A DNA stretch of 64,000 nucleotides from Azolla caroliniana. Its lineage: Eukaryota; Plantae; Polypodiophyta. Numbering within the stretch: the first letter of the stretch is position 1; each line of letters begins with the position of its first letter. The position numbers and the translations under genes were made by a program. The notes under the pieces were generated by a model. That model did no database searches. It was not told the origin of the DNA and was given only the letters and a program-made list of their open reading frames with translations. The stretch covers positions 15,872,001-15,936,000 of the forward strand of contig JBHGNT010000007.1 in assembly GCA_043228905.1 (NCBI GenBank), written 5' to 3'. This document shows, piece by piece, positions 23,063 through 37,030 of the stretch.

Positions 23063-25045
23063 ACCAAAAAACGTGTAGCGAGGCGTGCTAAACGAATTAG
23101 TAAACGGTTTAAGCACGCCTTACACCCGTGTAAACGTCTCTTTTACATACTAGATAGGCCCCCTTTAATGTGTGATACGTACATGTGGCTAGGTAGAAAA
23201 AACTCCCATTTCCCCTTCTCCCCTTACACTAAATCACGCACTAAAATGCTTAGACACAAGTTTTGGAAACCACTTACTCCCACCATAGACACGACTCCCG
23301 TCTTAAAAAGCAAAATTCATAATCTTTCAAATTACGCCCTTAGTAAATTAGAAATCAAACTTTTAAACCTAGGACTTAAGTTTATACCCCCCTACCCCCC
23401 ACCTACTAACCAATCCATTCTTCAAGAATACCAAAACCTCAGTAGATCCTTGAGACTTGAACATTTCTTTAAAGACTTCAACTCTCCCCCCTCTAATCCC
23501 TTCAAACTACCCAACCCGAATTAGAACCCTCCTAAGTATCCACCATTAGAGTCTATACTCCATAAACACAATATCTCTCTCTCCACAAACCTCCATAATA
23601 ATATACTACCTAATACCAAAATACCACTACACCTCCAAATAGCACTAACCAACCTTAGAAAAAACAAACAAATAATCATCCTACCAGCGGACAAAAACAT
23701 CGGAGTTTGTGTCCTCGATAAAAAGACATACCTAGATAAAGCCCTAGAACATTTATCTGACATCACTACATATAAAAAAGTTAATAGTCTCCCATTAGAA
23801 GAACTTTTAAGTCGATTACATGACATAGTCAACCGTAACCTTAATATCTTGTCTCTCATAGAAATACAATTTATCCTACACAAATCTCCTAAAGGTTTCT
23901 CAGTACCTAATATGTACTTCCTACCAAAAGTACATAAAACCCCTGTTAGCTATAGACCAATTTGCTCATATAATGGTTCATTATTTGAACAAACGTCTAA
24001 ATGGCTTCACCACCAACTCCTCCCTATACTTCTATGTCAAAAACAATATCTTAGGGACTCTCATTCCCTTGTCCAAACCTTAGAACAATTTATAACACCA
24101 CCCAATAGCTACATTTTTTCTTTTGATGTTGAATCACTCTACCCTAGCATCCCACCAAAACTAGGACTTTTAGCCCTAAAAAATCTTATTTCCCCCCACT
24201 TTTCGAACCAAAAAACTAATTTGATTTATACCCTTAGTGCCCTCACTTTAGAATACCACTTCCTAAAATTCAACAACCAAATTTATCAACAAGTAAAACG
24301 AACTGCCATGGGCAGTAATTTTTCCGTTGTCTACGCATGTCTCTTCCTCTCATATCTAGAAAATTTCAATCCATCACCCCACCTTTTCTATTTCACTAGG
24401 TATATTGATGATGCCTTTGGCGTCTGGACTAGTACTAAACCCCAACTTTTCGAATACCTAAACTTCTATAGTAACACTACTCAAAACTCTATCAAACTAA
24501 CCATACATACTTCTTACACGAAACTACCCTTTTTAGACTTGTGGATTAACTTAGATAATAATAGATTCACTTTTAATTGCTTTCAAAAAACACTTCATAC
24601 ATATTAATACATACCTTATTCCTCCAATCACCCTCTCCATGTTAAAAATAGTTTCGTTTCGAATGAATTAAAAAGATATATGGTTAGAGAAAGCACATCC
24701 CTAGGTTATTTAAATATGCAAAAGAAATTCTTTACGAGACTTAGGGCCCGAGGTTATCCCACACATTTTATTCTAAAGAACTTTAGAAAACACCCTTACT
24801 CCCTTAGACACACTCTCCTCTTCAAAGAAAAAACTAAAAAAACCACCCTACCCACTATCTTTAAACTTAGATATACTTGCCATACCCCCACACTAATTAT
24901 CAAAGAAATACTCACTAGCCTACATTCTAGTATACAATTAGATCCCCAACTACAACATATCCCTAAACCCATTATTTGTTGGGCAAAAGCCAAAAACCTC
25001 CACTCTTTTCTAGTCAAAACTAAAAACATCGTAGACCCCCCATAA
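23063..25045 (+). pseudogene. Penelope-like reverse transcriptase (in-frame stops), no GIY-YIG
   Basis: Motifs: IHNLS..LGLKFIP, PADKNIG, YFLPKVHK..RPIC, FDVESLYPSIP, TAMGSNFS, RYIDD and LRARGYP. The frame ends at NLHSFLVKTKNIVDPP*. Confidence 0.92.
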
Positions 25046-25653
25046 ACATATTTTCTCACCCTTCATTTAATCTATCTTCCTTCCTTGTTCCTCTCTCCTT
25101 TCCCCTTACTACTATTTACTAGTCACACACATCTCCTTTTTCCCCTTCCCTCCTATCTATACCCCCCTATCACTCCCTTATATTTCACTAAAATCTATAT
25201 TTCTCTCTCTCTCTCTCTCTCTCCCTTCCCCCTCCCCTATACCTCTCACTACCTTTTTATACACTCTCTCTCTTCCCTCGTTTCCCTCAAACCGTCTCCC
25301 CACCACCTCTTACTAACTTCCTTTTTCTATTTCCTTCCTTTCCCTTCGTATTTTCACCTTCACACCATCTTATGTTTACTTACTTATAATTACATACCCT
25401 ATCACTCATTCATTTGCCCTTATCACCCTATCCCACTCACTCATCTATCTTATCACCCTATCAATCTTCCTATCACCAACTCATTTTTCCCCTTATCACC
25501 ACTCCTATCATCAAGATCTTCCACCTTAAATCCTTACAAACTTCCATCTATTTACACTCTTATTACACCCCATTCACTATAATTATACTTTCCCTCTTTC
25601 TCCTCCCTTCCCCATTCTCAACATCCTATATAAACCACCATTTGTATTTCCAT

Positions 25654-25708
25654 GACCTTTTGCAGTGATGAGTTCTAAGCGAGCGAAACTAGTTTGTTGC
25701 ATAAGGTC
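25654..25708 (+). ncRNA. Degenerate type I hammerhead ribozyme
   Basis: Parses as GACCTTTTGCA-GTGATGA-GTTC(TAAGC)GAGC-GAAA-CTAG-TT-TGTTGCATAAGGTC. Core C3 is mutated to G, stem III is palindromic (CTAG), and it sits at the same relative position as in PLE-1. Confidence 0.68.
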
Positions 25709-26470
25709 TTTCCTTTAATTTTAATGAAAATTTCTTGAGTTTCTCTCTCTCTCTCTCTCTCTCTCACCTCTGTGCTTAGAATCTCTTCTTTTACTATTAC
25801 ATTATCTACCATATCACAAAGTCGCCCGCATTCCTTGCTACAACCGAACGATCAATAACAAAAAAGCCTTATGTATGGACAGAAGCTGATAATGTCCATC
25901 AAAAGGACGATTGCCTCATGCGTAGCGATACCATGGGAGAATGAGATGAGCCGAGAAGAATTATTAGAGTCACGGATAAGGCAGCTTGAAAGAAGGCCTA
26001 AAGATCTAGAAAAAGCGTGAAAGATGATGGAGGCAGCCCGAGTGAAGAACAAGATTCGGTTCGACAAGACACATCGACTACGTCCCAAAAAGATCGAAGA
26101 AGGAGATTGGGTATTGGTCTACGACAACAGCCTTGACAATCAACACAGGACAACAAGAAAGTTCGCAAGAAGATGGTTTGGAATGTATCTGGTGACAAGT
26201 GCCAACGACAATGCCACATACCACCTTGCGGAGCTAGACGAATCAAGGTTGGCCATACCCACTGAGGGAAAAAGTGTAAAGATTTTCAAGAAAAGACAAG
26301 ACGAGGATCCTGAACACGATCACCTCAACGATAAAGATAGTAGAACGGAACCAACAAACTTGAGTTATGTGAACGAGGACGTGGAGGAATCTGATTAATC
26401 ACCATAGCCGAAATCTCACACTCTCTCTTCTTGGCACGTACCGGAGGACGTGCGGTTTGGTGGGGGTGGA

Positions 26471-27868
26471 TGTCATGAAGATTTTCGGCAATGGTGTGAA
26501 AATTGCATGGAACGTACAAAATCGAGTGTGGTTCTTCACACTCAATATGAAACAATAGTGGGAAGATACAATTTTATATTTGTTTAATATCTTGGTACGA
26601 AAAGATGGATGTCTTCAAGAGCTTTCGAATGTATTTTACTACATATGAAATGGACAACTAAGTGTCAAGTTATGTGAGGGTGAAGTTTGAGAAAAAGAAG
26701 AGAAAAACAAAACTGTGAGATATCCCACATAGATAGGACAAATCAGGAGCTCAGATTATATAACCATACACATATCTCTTTATATTATATATAAGTATTT
26801 GGAGCACAAAAAGGTTGGGTTGTAAAACTTTGACAAATGGATGTGGCCAAGTTGTTCAAATTCGTATTTGGAAGGACCGAACGACACTTGGTTTTTGGTC
26901 GAAATCAGACCGGACAACACTGGATCGGACAGACGGAACCGGACGACACTGAATCGATGGTCGAAGCGGACCAGACGACACTTGGTTTTTGGAAGGACAG
27001 AACCAGACGACGCCAAATCGGAAGGGCAGACTGAACTAGACGGCACTTGGTTTTTGGATGGACGGAACCGGATGATGCCAAATCGGACGGGCGGACCGGA
27101 CCGGACGGCACTGGACTAGGTGGATGGGACCGGATCGGTCGGGACGGACAGGTCAGACAGACACAAACCGATCGGATAGGTTGATCGTGACACACGGTGT
27201 CGTGAAGATTTTCGGTGTGAAACAAACAAAATTGTCTATAGGTTGCATCGGTTCATTAGAGGTCGACTGAAGATGTAATATGCATTTGTAAATACAGGAC
27301 TAAAGCCTTGAAAATTTTTGTGCTTACGGGGGTGTAAGTAAGAATTTGAACTTTGCACCTCCTAGATAAGAGTCAAAAGACTTACCACTAAGCCAAGTCA
27401 TGACTTTAGAGATATGCTTTTATCATTGTACTTTTCATATGTAAAATCTCATACATGAGGGTTTGGATGACTGACACGGTCATCATACATCACATTTGAT
27501 GCATGAATGCCAAATAGCAAACATGCATTCAATGCGTTGTATGGATGTCTTGTACCTTCACATGCATCATATGCATGGGGGCATCTATAAAAGAGTGGAG
27601 GAGTCAAGCAAGTGGGGACTAATGAAGAAATTGGGAAGAAAATAATAATAATAATAAATAAAGTTATCCTAATGGTGATGTATCTTGTCTCTCAAATCTA
27701 AAGTCGAGCGTTCAATTTTTATCTCAATCTCTCTCTCTCCATATCAATCTCTCTAAATCTATCTTAAATACTTTCTCGCTAAAGCTAGTACAAACTTTGA
27801 ATCCTTTCGGTCCAAGACCCCGGCAGTTCCGCCTCACCATTCGCACATAGTGACGGATTTTCGCGACA
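26471..27868 (+). mobile_element. 3' LTR of G1 (~1.4 kb)
   Basis: TGTCATGAA...TTCGCGACA termini immediately after the PPT, with internal cacttggtttttgg repeats. Confidence 0.8.
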
Positions 27869-29344
27869 GCATAATGCGAGCTTTGTTGGTTCCCTTGTCT
27901 GTTCTTGCTGGATCCGGATCTATCCAAATTGGTGCGCTTCTTCCAGCACTCGCTCTCTCTTTGGCCCTTTCGGCCATAGTACCAACACTCCATTCGAGTA
28001 TTCTCTAGCCAGTTCCCAACACCGCCTTCACTCCCCCTTCTTGTGGAGGGTCGGGAATTGTTGTCGGCACCACCCTTGTGCCTTCGTTTCAGCCCTTTTC
28101 GGCCACTTCCACCATATGTCGATCCGCCTCGTCTGCCATGACCCCGGGGCCTCACCGCGTCTTTGTATAACATCTTGTTGTCGGTGTGCATGCTTGTCGA
28201 TGCACCTATGTGGTTCTCCTCTACTAGCAGCATCAATTGTAAGTCGAAAAACGAGGGTGTATTATCCCTTGTACATATTGCAGTCCAGAATGCTTCGAAC
28301 TTCAATGCTAGGCCCCTGAGACAGACCTGCACCATCTCATCTTCCTCGACGGTCACGTTAATGAAGGCAAGTGAGTCATCGATGTCTTTGATTTGGGCCA
28401 TGTAGTCTAGCACCTACATGTCCTTTTGTCGGACATTGTTCAACTCCTATCAGAGTTGCAAGTTCCGAGCCGTGGTGCTTGAGACGAAGACCTTATTCAA
28501 GTTTCCCCATGTTTCCTTTGGCATCTTGGCGTCCCAGATATGGCTCAATAACTAATCGCTGACACTAGATGCAAAGCAATACATAACTCTACTTGCCGCT
28601 TGTTCCCAAGTCGGGAAGTCCATGTGTGTTGCATCGGGTGTCATATCATTAGCTTCGTCGACATAACTCCAGTAGCCATGCCCGAGCAAGTACTAGTGCA
28701 TCTTGTACGACCAAGTTGCGTAGTTGGCTCTATCGAGCACTCCATCGGGAGTGAGCTAGACATTCCTTTGTCCATGCTAACCTTTGTTTCCTGTTCTCTA
28801 CCGGGTGTTAGGGTTTGTCTTTGGAAATCACTCGTTAGTTTTAGAGGTTCTCAACCCTCGCACTCTGATTCCATGTAAAAGATAATGTGCGGAAGCTAAG
28901 ACAAAACCAGCTAGTCCGGATAACAACAGAACACAGAATGGGGATTTAATGGAAAGCTTGAATATGCGGGAGAGACTGAGAGAGCAGAACAGAAAAAACT
29001 CAATTCAAACTAATAACACTTTGTACATACAATGTGCTCAATGAGCCTTTTTATACAAGTCCATGAAAGAATTGATAGAAGTACTGACAAGTACTTCAAT
29101 GCTCATACAAGCGATTGACACTGACTCCTAAAAATATGCCTACGTACTAGGCTAGATTCGTAGGCATCTAACGGCCTACCGCTTACAATCCGATCCGGTT
29201 CTTCGATCCAGCTCCTGGTTTAGGATACCATCCAGACACCGATCCGGTTCTTCATTCCAAACTCTGATCCAACTATGGCTTGTCCAACCGATCCAGATCC
29301 ATTTGAGCTTGTCCATTCAAAATTAAGCTAAACAAAAATTAACA
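27869..29344 (-). mobile_element. Ty1/copia 5' part: LTR 28874-29344, tRNA-Met-like PBS, decayed gag (28775 down to 27869)
   Basis: PBS TGGAATCAGAG on the minus strand next to the LTR. Gag reads EDEMVQVCLRGL..PSFFDLQ and has a degenerate zinc knuckle. Confidence 0.85.
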
Positions 29345-32300
29345 CATACCTATCATTAACCAATTAATAAATATGTTTGTCTTAATAAAATTGATATTAA
29401 TAATAAGAAACATATACAATGTCTCAATTAACTAGATAATGGCTAAGTTAAAAACATGTGTGTAGAAAAAGAACTTAAGTAGCTCTTACTGTGTGGAAAG
29501 GGAAGGATAATGATCTTGAACCAAAGTAACCCAAAGTTGGAACCCTTTTGTGTGCATGTGAAAATTGAGTGGGAATTGTGAGGTCTTGAACTAGGGAGGA
29601 GAGAGAATAAAGGAGATAAGAGAGAAGAGGGAGAAAATGAAGTGAGGGAAGATGACAATGGTTGAAAGACAACAGTTGCAGACGTGCCATCACAAGATCA
29701 CGATGAGAAACGATGGAAGGCGACAACCGACCAGGGTAGTCAAGCAACAACAATAGATGTAGGTGGAGGCCGTTCGATGATCGACAATGTTGAAGGAGTT
29801 AAGGTGGCAACATTGGGCAAGAGGTGGCTGAAGACAACGCAACAAGAAAATGATGGACCAAACAACATTTTCCTCACAAATGCCAATGTTCTACAATCAC
29901 CTTGACGAGGCAAACAATTTGTGAAAGGGGGGCGTTTGACCAGATGCAAAGGCTCCCCCATTTTGGTCAATTATAAATATAGCCCTTGCTCGTGAGAGGG
30001 AGAATATAAAAAAATTATGATTATATTCCTCCTCTTTGGGAGCCGTTCAGTGGACAGACGTCAACCTTGGTTCATTTAGGGGGTTTGCCTCCCACTATCT
30101 AAAAATTTGCAGCTACACACAACTTTTTGCTCAGAGGTCAAAATCGAGATCCGAAAAATCGATAGTGGCCATTGGGACGAAATTGTTGTGTTGGTGTACT
30201 GAGTTGTCTAACACAACAATTCAAGTTTCAAGTAACTTTGCGTGCCGAGCTTAGATTTCAAACCAAAAAACAATCCTTGTTTAAATACGATTGAAAGTAA
30301 CTATAAATGAATATCTAGATACTAGATAATTGAAATCAACTATAAAATGAATATCTAAATAAGTTAGATAATTGAATATGGAAAACCTAAATACATCAAA
30401 TTGATGGGTCCATCAAGTTTCAACAAGATTTACTCAACTCCGTTACATGGAGAGGATAAAGAAAGGATGAAAGATAAATGGGAGAATTAGTGGAGCTTCT
30501 AGAGGAAATCCTCAACTTTAAGTGTAATATCTCAAGAGAAGATTATCACATCACCTCTTCTCATTGTTGCTCTCACATGTTGTCGTGTAAACACGCGTAA
30601 GTGTGTTACTCGAGCGGGACCATGGGGTCTTGGACTAGCGAGGACACAAAGACTAGGAGTATCATTAACTCTCCAAAGCCAAGTGTTATTGTAGTTAGAT
30701 CCTTTCATCTAATTGTAATAACATAATGAGGTTTACTAATAATAATAGATGGATTCATTGTATGTAGCAATAAGCTTCTTCAATTGAAAGAGTTGACCAT
30801 TCATGAGCATAATGGAAATTAGAAAAGATAATATACCAAGGTCATATGTTAACATGTACACAAATTAAGTCATAACAATTGTCATGGTCACTAATGCGAT
30901 AAATGAAATTTAACTTAGAAATTCAAATTGGTTTAGAATTAAAATAAATAAATAAAGATTATTGATTATATCCAAAAACTAAGAATTTTCATGAAATGAA
31001 TGTTAAAATAGTAATAAAGGTAGGCATTTTTGTCATGCATCTAGTGGAAAAGTAATCTCTTTATGGGTACAAAAAAGTAATAGTGGCGTTCTATGATATT
31101 TCATTTAAAAATTGATCAACAAATTTTACAAGGTGCACTCTATAGATTAGGACGTCTCCACCTTAAAGGCAATTGATCTATTATCACACAGGACAACGAG
31201 TTAGGTAGTGAGGAATCAAATAATGTCAAGTCTAATGAAAAAGGGCTTTCAAAACTCCTCTTTCCATGGTTTTATATAGAGAAGTGCATTAGTACAAAAG
31301 TTTGTTCAAATATGGATGCATACATATATACAAACATACATAAATGTATTGGTACACTAGGTTACACACCAACACGGTCTTTGTCAAAAAGGTATTTCTA
31401 ATCCATTGCATCCTAGGTTTCATAATGCTATACATCTTATACCTTTGTATAAATCTAAGAGATTCACCTAAGACAACCATAACAATCTATTTATAATTGA
31501 TCGTTGGATATTATAGATCCACATGATTTTCGTCACCTTTGGCGCAATAGAGGACTTGTAGAATTTTGTGCTTCGAAATGCAAAATTGGAGAACAATGAA
31601 AAGCTATGCCATAAGACATACAAGTTGATGAGATGCAAGAGGTTGATGTTCATGTGATGTAAATGAATTACATCACCATTCTCGCCTCACTCAATTTACA
31701 TTGAATTAAGTTATTCCTCGTATTAAATAGTTTACCACAATGCACAATATAGACACAAGAAAAAATGCATGATAAAAAGAAATACATGTCTCTGTGCACA
31801 AAGTGGAAATTTGGGTGGAATAGAGGCTTGGGATTCATAGGTTAGTGATGTCCACATGGAAGACAAGAATGATGCAAAGGTGGGATAGAAATGTATTTTT
31901 GGCAATGGAAATATATAGGGGTAATAGAATATACCTTTATTTATGAAGGGAATCTTCTATATTATAATAACAAAACTATGAGATGACGTAATATCAAATT
32001 TGGGACGTAGACATACATTATGTATACAAAATGATAGTGTATACTTATTTTTGGAAAGCTATTTTTTTATGTTGAAAAAGTAAAATGTATTGAATGTGTA
32101 TTTGTAACAACTCAAACAAATGTGATTACTTCATGAATACAACTCAATACAATTGGCATCTTTGTAGTGTATCCTGGTTGTATTTGTCTACATATGAATA
32201 ACTACATAAAGGGTTATTAAAGAATAATTGAAGAAGGGCTTTAGTTATTAGCACAAGGTCGATGATTATAGGGGTTTTCTAGTATGAGAGGATTTCTAAA

Positions 32301-32676
32301 ACATTGTTCGAATGCATGTGACTCTCAGATCAATGAGGCCCCTTTAGATTCTAATTTCTTAGCATAAAGATTGATCAAATTTCTCCTACTTTACCATATT
32401 GTATAAAAGGTTTTTGAAAACCTTAATATGGAAAAGGGGAACATTTGACTTACGTTATTCAATTTAATTAATTAATCAATTAATTACTCATTTCCTCATT
32501 GATCTAAATCTTCTTGTTAATTTTGACTATGTGCATTAACTCTTTGATCTTGGTTGATGAAAGTGACAAAATACACTTCATAATTAGAACATTTCTTTTC
32601 AAGTTTATCGAAACAAGTTATGAAGTATTATTTCACCTCTATCAAATTTAGAAAGCTTTAATTTTAGGCATATATA

Positions 32677-33930
32677 CAGTAACCATTCGGTTAAGTGCAT
32701 GTTCACTTAAGTATACCATTTTATTAAGTGCGCTTATTTCATGATGAAATTACTTAAAACCAAATTGAAACTATGTTCTAAACATTCAAAAAACAACAAG
32801 ATTTGCCCATCACTCAGTCAAGATATCCCACAAATTTATTGTTGTAAATAAACATGTTCTAAGACTTTGGAATCTGGATGTGATGAAAAGTTTTTTTTAC
32901 TAGTTTTTCTTAATGCATGTACAATAACAATGTGTAACATAAGGTGTTCGCCTACTGTGAACATGGGGAATGAGATGTTTAAGCAAGCAAGGACCTTAAC
33001 ATTCTTCTTTTGAAGGCAAAATGTTTTAGCTAGCTTTGCTTAAATTGTGTCTAATGTATAGAAATCCTTAAAAATGTTAATCTTCTCCTAATATTAAAGC
33101 TCTTTGGTAACAATGTAATGTTTGACTTCTAAGGAAAATGTGAATAATCGGTTAAGCAAGGGTTTCAAAATATGTGTATACTCAAGTTAGTTAATGTGAA
33201 GTGTCTTTATATGTATGTATATATAATGAAGACTATCTTCTCGTTATTCATGATCAACACTCAATAAAATTGATGTTGTGAACCACAAAATGAATTGAAC
33301 TTAGATCTTGCATTCCTACCATTACATAGGTTGGTCGTGGGTCTATGAAGTGAAAGCTATTAATCAGTTAATCGATTAATAGCTCATTATGTGTGTTGGG
33401 TCTATCCACTGAAGTGGAGCACATGACATGGAGCTGGCTGACAGCCAGCTACCGACTCAGTGTCGAATTGGTTGGGTACCAATTCGGGTTGAGTGTTAAA
33501 TCGGCTGGGTGTCGAGTCGAGTTGAGCGTTAATTCAGTTGAATGCCGAATCGGCTCAAAGCTAAAGAAGGGAAAAAGGTATAATTGTTTATAACTATATA
33601 TAACTATGACTATAATATGCAGAGAATCAGGACATCTAAACTACGCACAATACCTCCCTTCTCTTCTTTCTCTTGTATTCATACCATAAACACCAAAAAA
33701 TAAACATATGAAAGAAATGTGGTGAGTGACGTGGATTGCAGTAGCGTGGGAGCCATTACAACAACAAGGAGGGCAACCTCAACGATGGCTGTTGGGGTTG
33801 GGCTTTCTCAAAATTAGAACAGGAAAGAAAAAATTGAGATTTTCTTTTTCACTAAAAAAGCCCTAACAACTTGGTTAAGTGTGCACCTTTCCCTTGCGTT
33901 CAAAGTGCGCACTTAACCAAATGTCTATTG
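32677..33930. mobile_element. Non-autonomous Tc1/mariner-pogo-like element
   Basis: Imperfect TIRs CAGTAACCATTCGGTTAAGTGC and (reverse complement) CAATAGACATTTGGTTAAGTGC, with TA on both flanks. Confidence 0.7.
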
Positions 33931-34130
33931 TACAATTTCTTCAAGAGGGGATTTTGTTGGCCTAGCTTAGGCATATAAAATCTAACAATGTAAAGGGCAC
34001 ATGGGCACAAATGGTAGGAGGATTGAAGTTTATATATCCAAGTAGTTATGGTATTCTAAAGGTGCCTTGATAGGATGGGCAAAGAGTAGTAGTTAGTGTA
34101 TTCTAAAGTTGCCTTGATAGGATGGGCAAA

Positions 34131-35689
34131 CAATGTTGCCTTTTGACAGCTGTTTTGACTGTTTTTGGCAAATTTAACCGTATATGAAGCTTAATTTGAA
34201 AATGAAACCATCAAGCTTGATGGGCATATATTTTATAAAAATGTAAAAGTGAGGGTTAAAAATTTGTTAATACCATCAAATTTTGCTAAGGCCAAAACAA
34301 TAGTACATGTACTAGTAGTTACAAATTACAATTCATAGGCTATAGGATATAGTTTTCTTTTAGAAAGGTAAATGTGTAAACATATGTTATGCGATGTGAT
34401 AAAGGAGAAGAAGTGCCTGGACATATGCATAGTGTGAAAATAAATCTAGGGATTCTTTTACTTTCAACCCATTCCTCTCTTTTGACCTCCAAAGACAATA
34501 ATATAAGATCTATCTATTTACCTATCTTCACTTGCTTCTAATTTTTTCTTGATTTCTCTCTCACTCTTTCCGTTGCTTTGATCAAGTAGTAATTCTTTCT
34601 TTCTTTCTCAAGTTCTTTGCTTTGATCAAATTGTACTTTGTTCTTTCTTTCTTTCCCACCCTCTCTCACACACAAGTTATAATTGATCATTGATGGAATA
34701 CATCGACAACTTTGCAACTTTGCTTCTCTACTTCTCTTTGATAAGTGATATATCCCCTCTCTATGATACTGTGTCTTTGTGTTATATATTTTTTGGCAAA
34801 ATATTTGGAAAATAATTTAGTTCAAGACAAACTAAAGAAGATGTTACATATTCTATAGAAAAACAAGATGTTTAAAAATATAGTAGATTTTGAGTTATGG
34901 CTAGTACCTAATCCATTATCACATAACATATAATAAGTAACCATAACTAAAAATCGTCGATATTTTTAAACACCTTCATTTTTTCTGTAGAATTTGTAGC
35001 ATCTTGTTTAGTTTGTCTTGAACTAAATTATTTTCCATATATTTTGCTAAAAAATATATAACACAAAGAAACAATATCATAGAGAGGAGAGAAATCACTT
35101 ACCGAAGAGAAGAAGAGAAGCAAAGTTGCAAAGTTCTGGATGTATTCCATTAATGATAAATTATAACTTGTGTGTGAGAGATGGTGGGAAAGAAAGAAAC
35201 AACAAAGTACAATTTGATCAAAGCAAAGAACTTGAGAAAGAAAAAAATAATTACAACTTGATCAAACCAAGGGAGAGAGTGAGAGAGAAATCAAGAAAGA
35301 AGTAGAAGCAAGAGGAGAGAGAGAGAGAGAGAGAGAAACAAACAAACAAACAAACAAAACACCGGAATGGGTTGAAAATAGAAGAAGCCCTAAGTTTATA
35401 TTTCACGCTATGCATATGTTCGGGCACTTCTTATCCTTTATCACATCACATAACATATGTTTACACGTTTACCTTTCTAAAATAAAACTATATGATATAA
35501 CTTATGAATTGCAATTTGTAACTACTAATACATGTACTATTGTTTTGGCCTTAGCAAAATTTGACTACTGCTTTTACGTTTTTAAAAAATATATGCCCCT
35601 CATATTGACGGTTTCATTTTCAAATTAACCTTCATATACGGTTAAATTTGCCAAAAACGGTCAAAATGGTCGTCAAAAGGTGACACTTG
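34131..35689. mobile_element. Foldback / long-TIR element (~760-bp inverted arms, short spacer)
   Basis: 34131-~34900 is the diverged reverse complement of ~34935-35689 (e.g. ttttggcaaatttaaccgtatatgaag / cttcatatacggttaaatttgccaaaa). Confidence 0.92.
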
Positions 35690-37030
35690 TGCTGATTCTT
35701 TCTTTCAGCTACTCCATTTTGTTGGGGTGTGTGTTGGCACGAAAATTCTCTCCTTATTCCCTCACTTTGGAGATAGGAGACGAATTCATTGGAGAAGTAC
35801 TCCTTCCCTCCATCCAATCATAGTCGTCGAATATGCCGACTCGTCTCTTTCTCCACTTGGCCCTTAAGTTTTTGGAAGTGAGAGAGCACTTCACTCTTTT
35901 TCTTCATCGGGGAGATCCACGTGTAGCGAGAGTAGTCATCGATGAAGGTGATGTAGTAATGGCATATGCCGATCGTCGACATTTGAGCCAGTCCCCATAC
36001 ATCCAAGTGGATCACGTCGAGGAGGACTTTGCTTACGTAGCTCTCCTTTGGGAATGGGGGTCAATGTTGTTTGCGGAGTTGATATACTTCGCACACTCGG
36101 TCGACTCGTTTTGATTCAAAGGCCGGAAATCTGATGACAACTCCCTTTGATAGCATTCCTCGAAGCCATTAGAGGTTGATGTGGCTGATTCTCTTATGCC
36201 ACAACTCGATGTTCGTCTTGGTTTGGAGACCTTTGACATACATGACCAATTTCACCTTGTTCGAATCGAGGATGAACATTCGGCCTTCTCTCCGTCCCTT
36301 AGCTATGAGTCAACCATATTTTTCTATAAATCATGATTCGTTCTTGAAATAAACTTTCATGCCTTGCTCCACGATTTGGCCGACCGAGACCAAATTATTT
36401 GTTATTGTTGGTACATGCAAGACGTTTTTTATGCAAGTTTGTTCCCCTTCTTTCCCGAATGGGACATTGCCGATGTGCCAAATGGGATGTGTGGTGTCAT
36501 CTCCCCTCTTTATGTAGTCGGGTCAATCTGGAACCACTCTTGGTGTGATGTCATATGATGTGAGGCGCCGGAGTCGACGAACCTCACGTCTTCCGAGTTG
36601 GAGGTGCTTGTGGAGTCGGAGGTCGTCATATAGTTCTCTCTAGTTGCAAGTAATGGGCCACGTTTTCCGACCTTGTTCGGCATGGAAGCTCCCCCTTCTT
36701 CCAAAGGTTCCTCGATGGCTTCTGTCTTCTTGTCGAAGATTTGAGTTCCCTTCGTGAGATGGGCCAAATCAACCTCTTTTACCACCTCAACCTCATCCTC
36801 GGCCACCATCCGAATTCGAGAAGAACATTTGTCCTTTCGACGTCTTCATCTTGGTTCGGGAGTGGTTCTCTTCAACCAATAGCATTGATTGAAGGTCGAA
36901 GAAGGAAGGAGGGTTTTCTCTTGCTAAGATAGTCGTCCTTATCGGGTCCAACCATTGTGCAAGACAACCCAAACATACTTGAATCATCTCGTGTTCATTG
37001 ACGTTTATGTTGATGGAGCCAAGCGAGTTG
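35690..37030 (-). pseudogene. Ty1/copia gag C-terminus, protease and integrase core (continues 58908-59292)
   Basis: Reads EMIQVCLG..PPSFFDLQ, FVDSGASHHMT, IHLDVWG..FIDDYSRYTW and DGGKEY..TPQQNGVAERKN. Confidence 0.9.

Larger units (their letters stand above)
20687..25867 (+). mobile_element. Penelope-like retroelement PLE-2, endonuclease-deficient, with 38-bp TSD
   Basis: It interrupts G1 integrase. Flanking duplication is CTTATGTATGGACAGAAGCT..TAATG.CCATCAAAAG (20649-20686 and 25868-25905, 3 mismatches). The 3' end is A-rich. Confidence 0.9.
16211..27868 (+). mobile_element. Ty3/gypsy G1, 3' part (integrase, PPT, 3' LTR), host of two nested insertions
   Basis: Integrase reads FHESPW..KEKYWWPSMY..CEICQ, KWMVDLV, VADRGE..YNPEAN and RWFGMYLV. 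The PPT GGTGGGGGTGGA precedes the LTR. A ~133-bp tandem duplication lies at ~20174-20438. Confidence 0.88.

Noticed and set aside
29345-32670. Possible host exons in the AT-rich interval
   Set aside because: Only short ORFs without recognisable motifs or consistent splice structure were found; left unannotated.
33394-33763. Possible solo LTR (TGTTG...CAACA) inside the pogo-like element
   Set aside because: No TSD or second copy could be identified.
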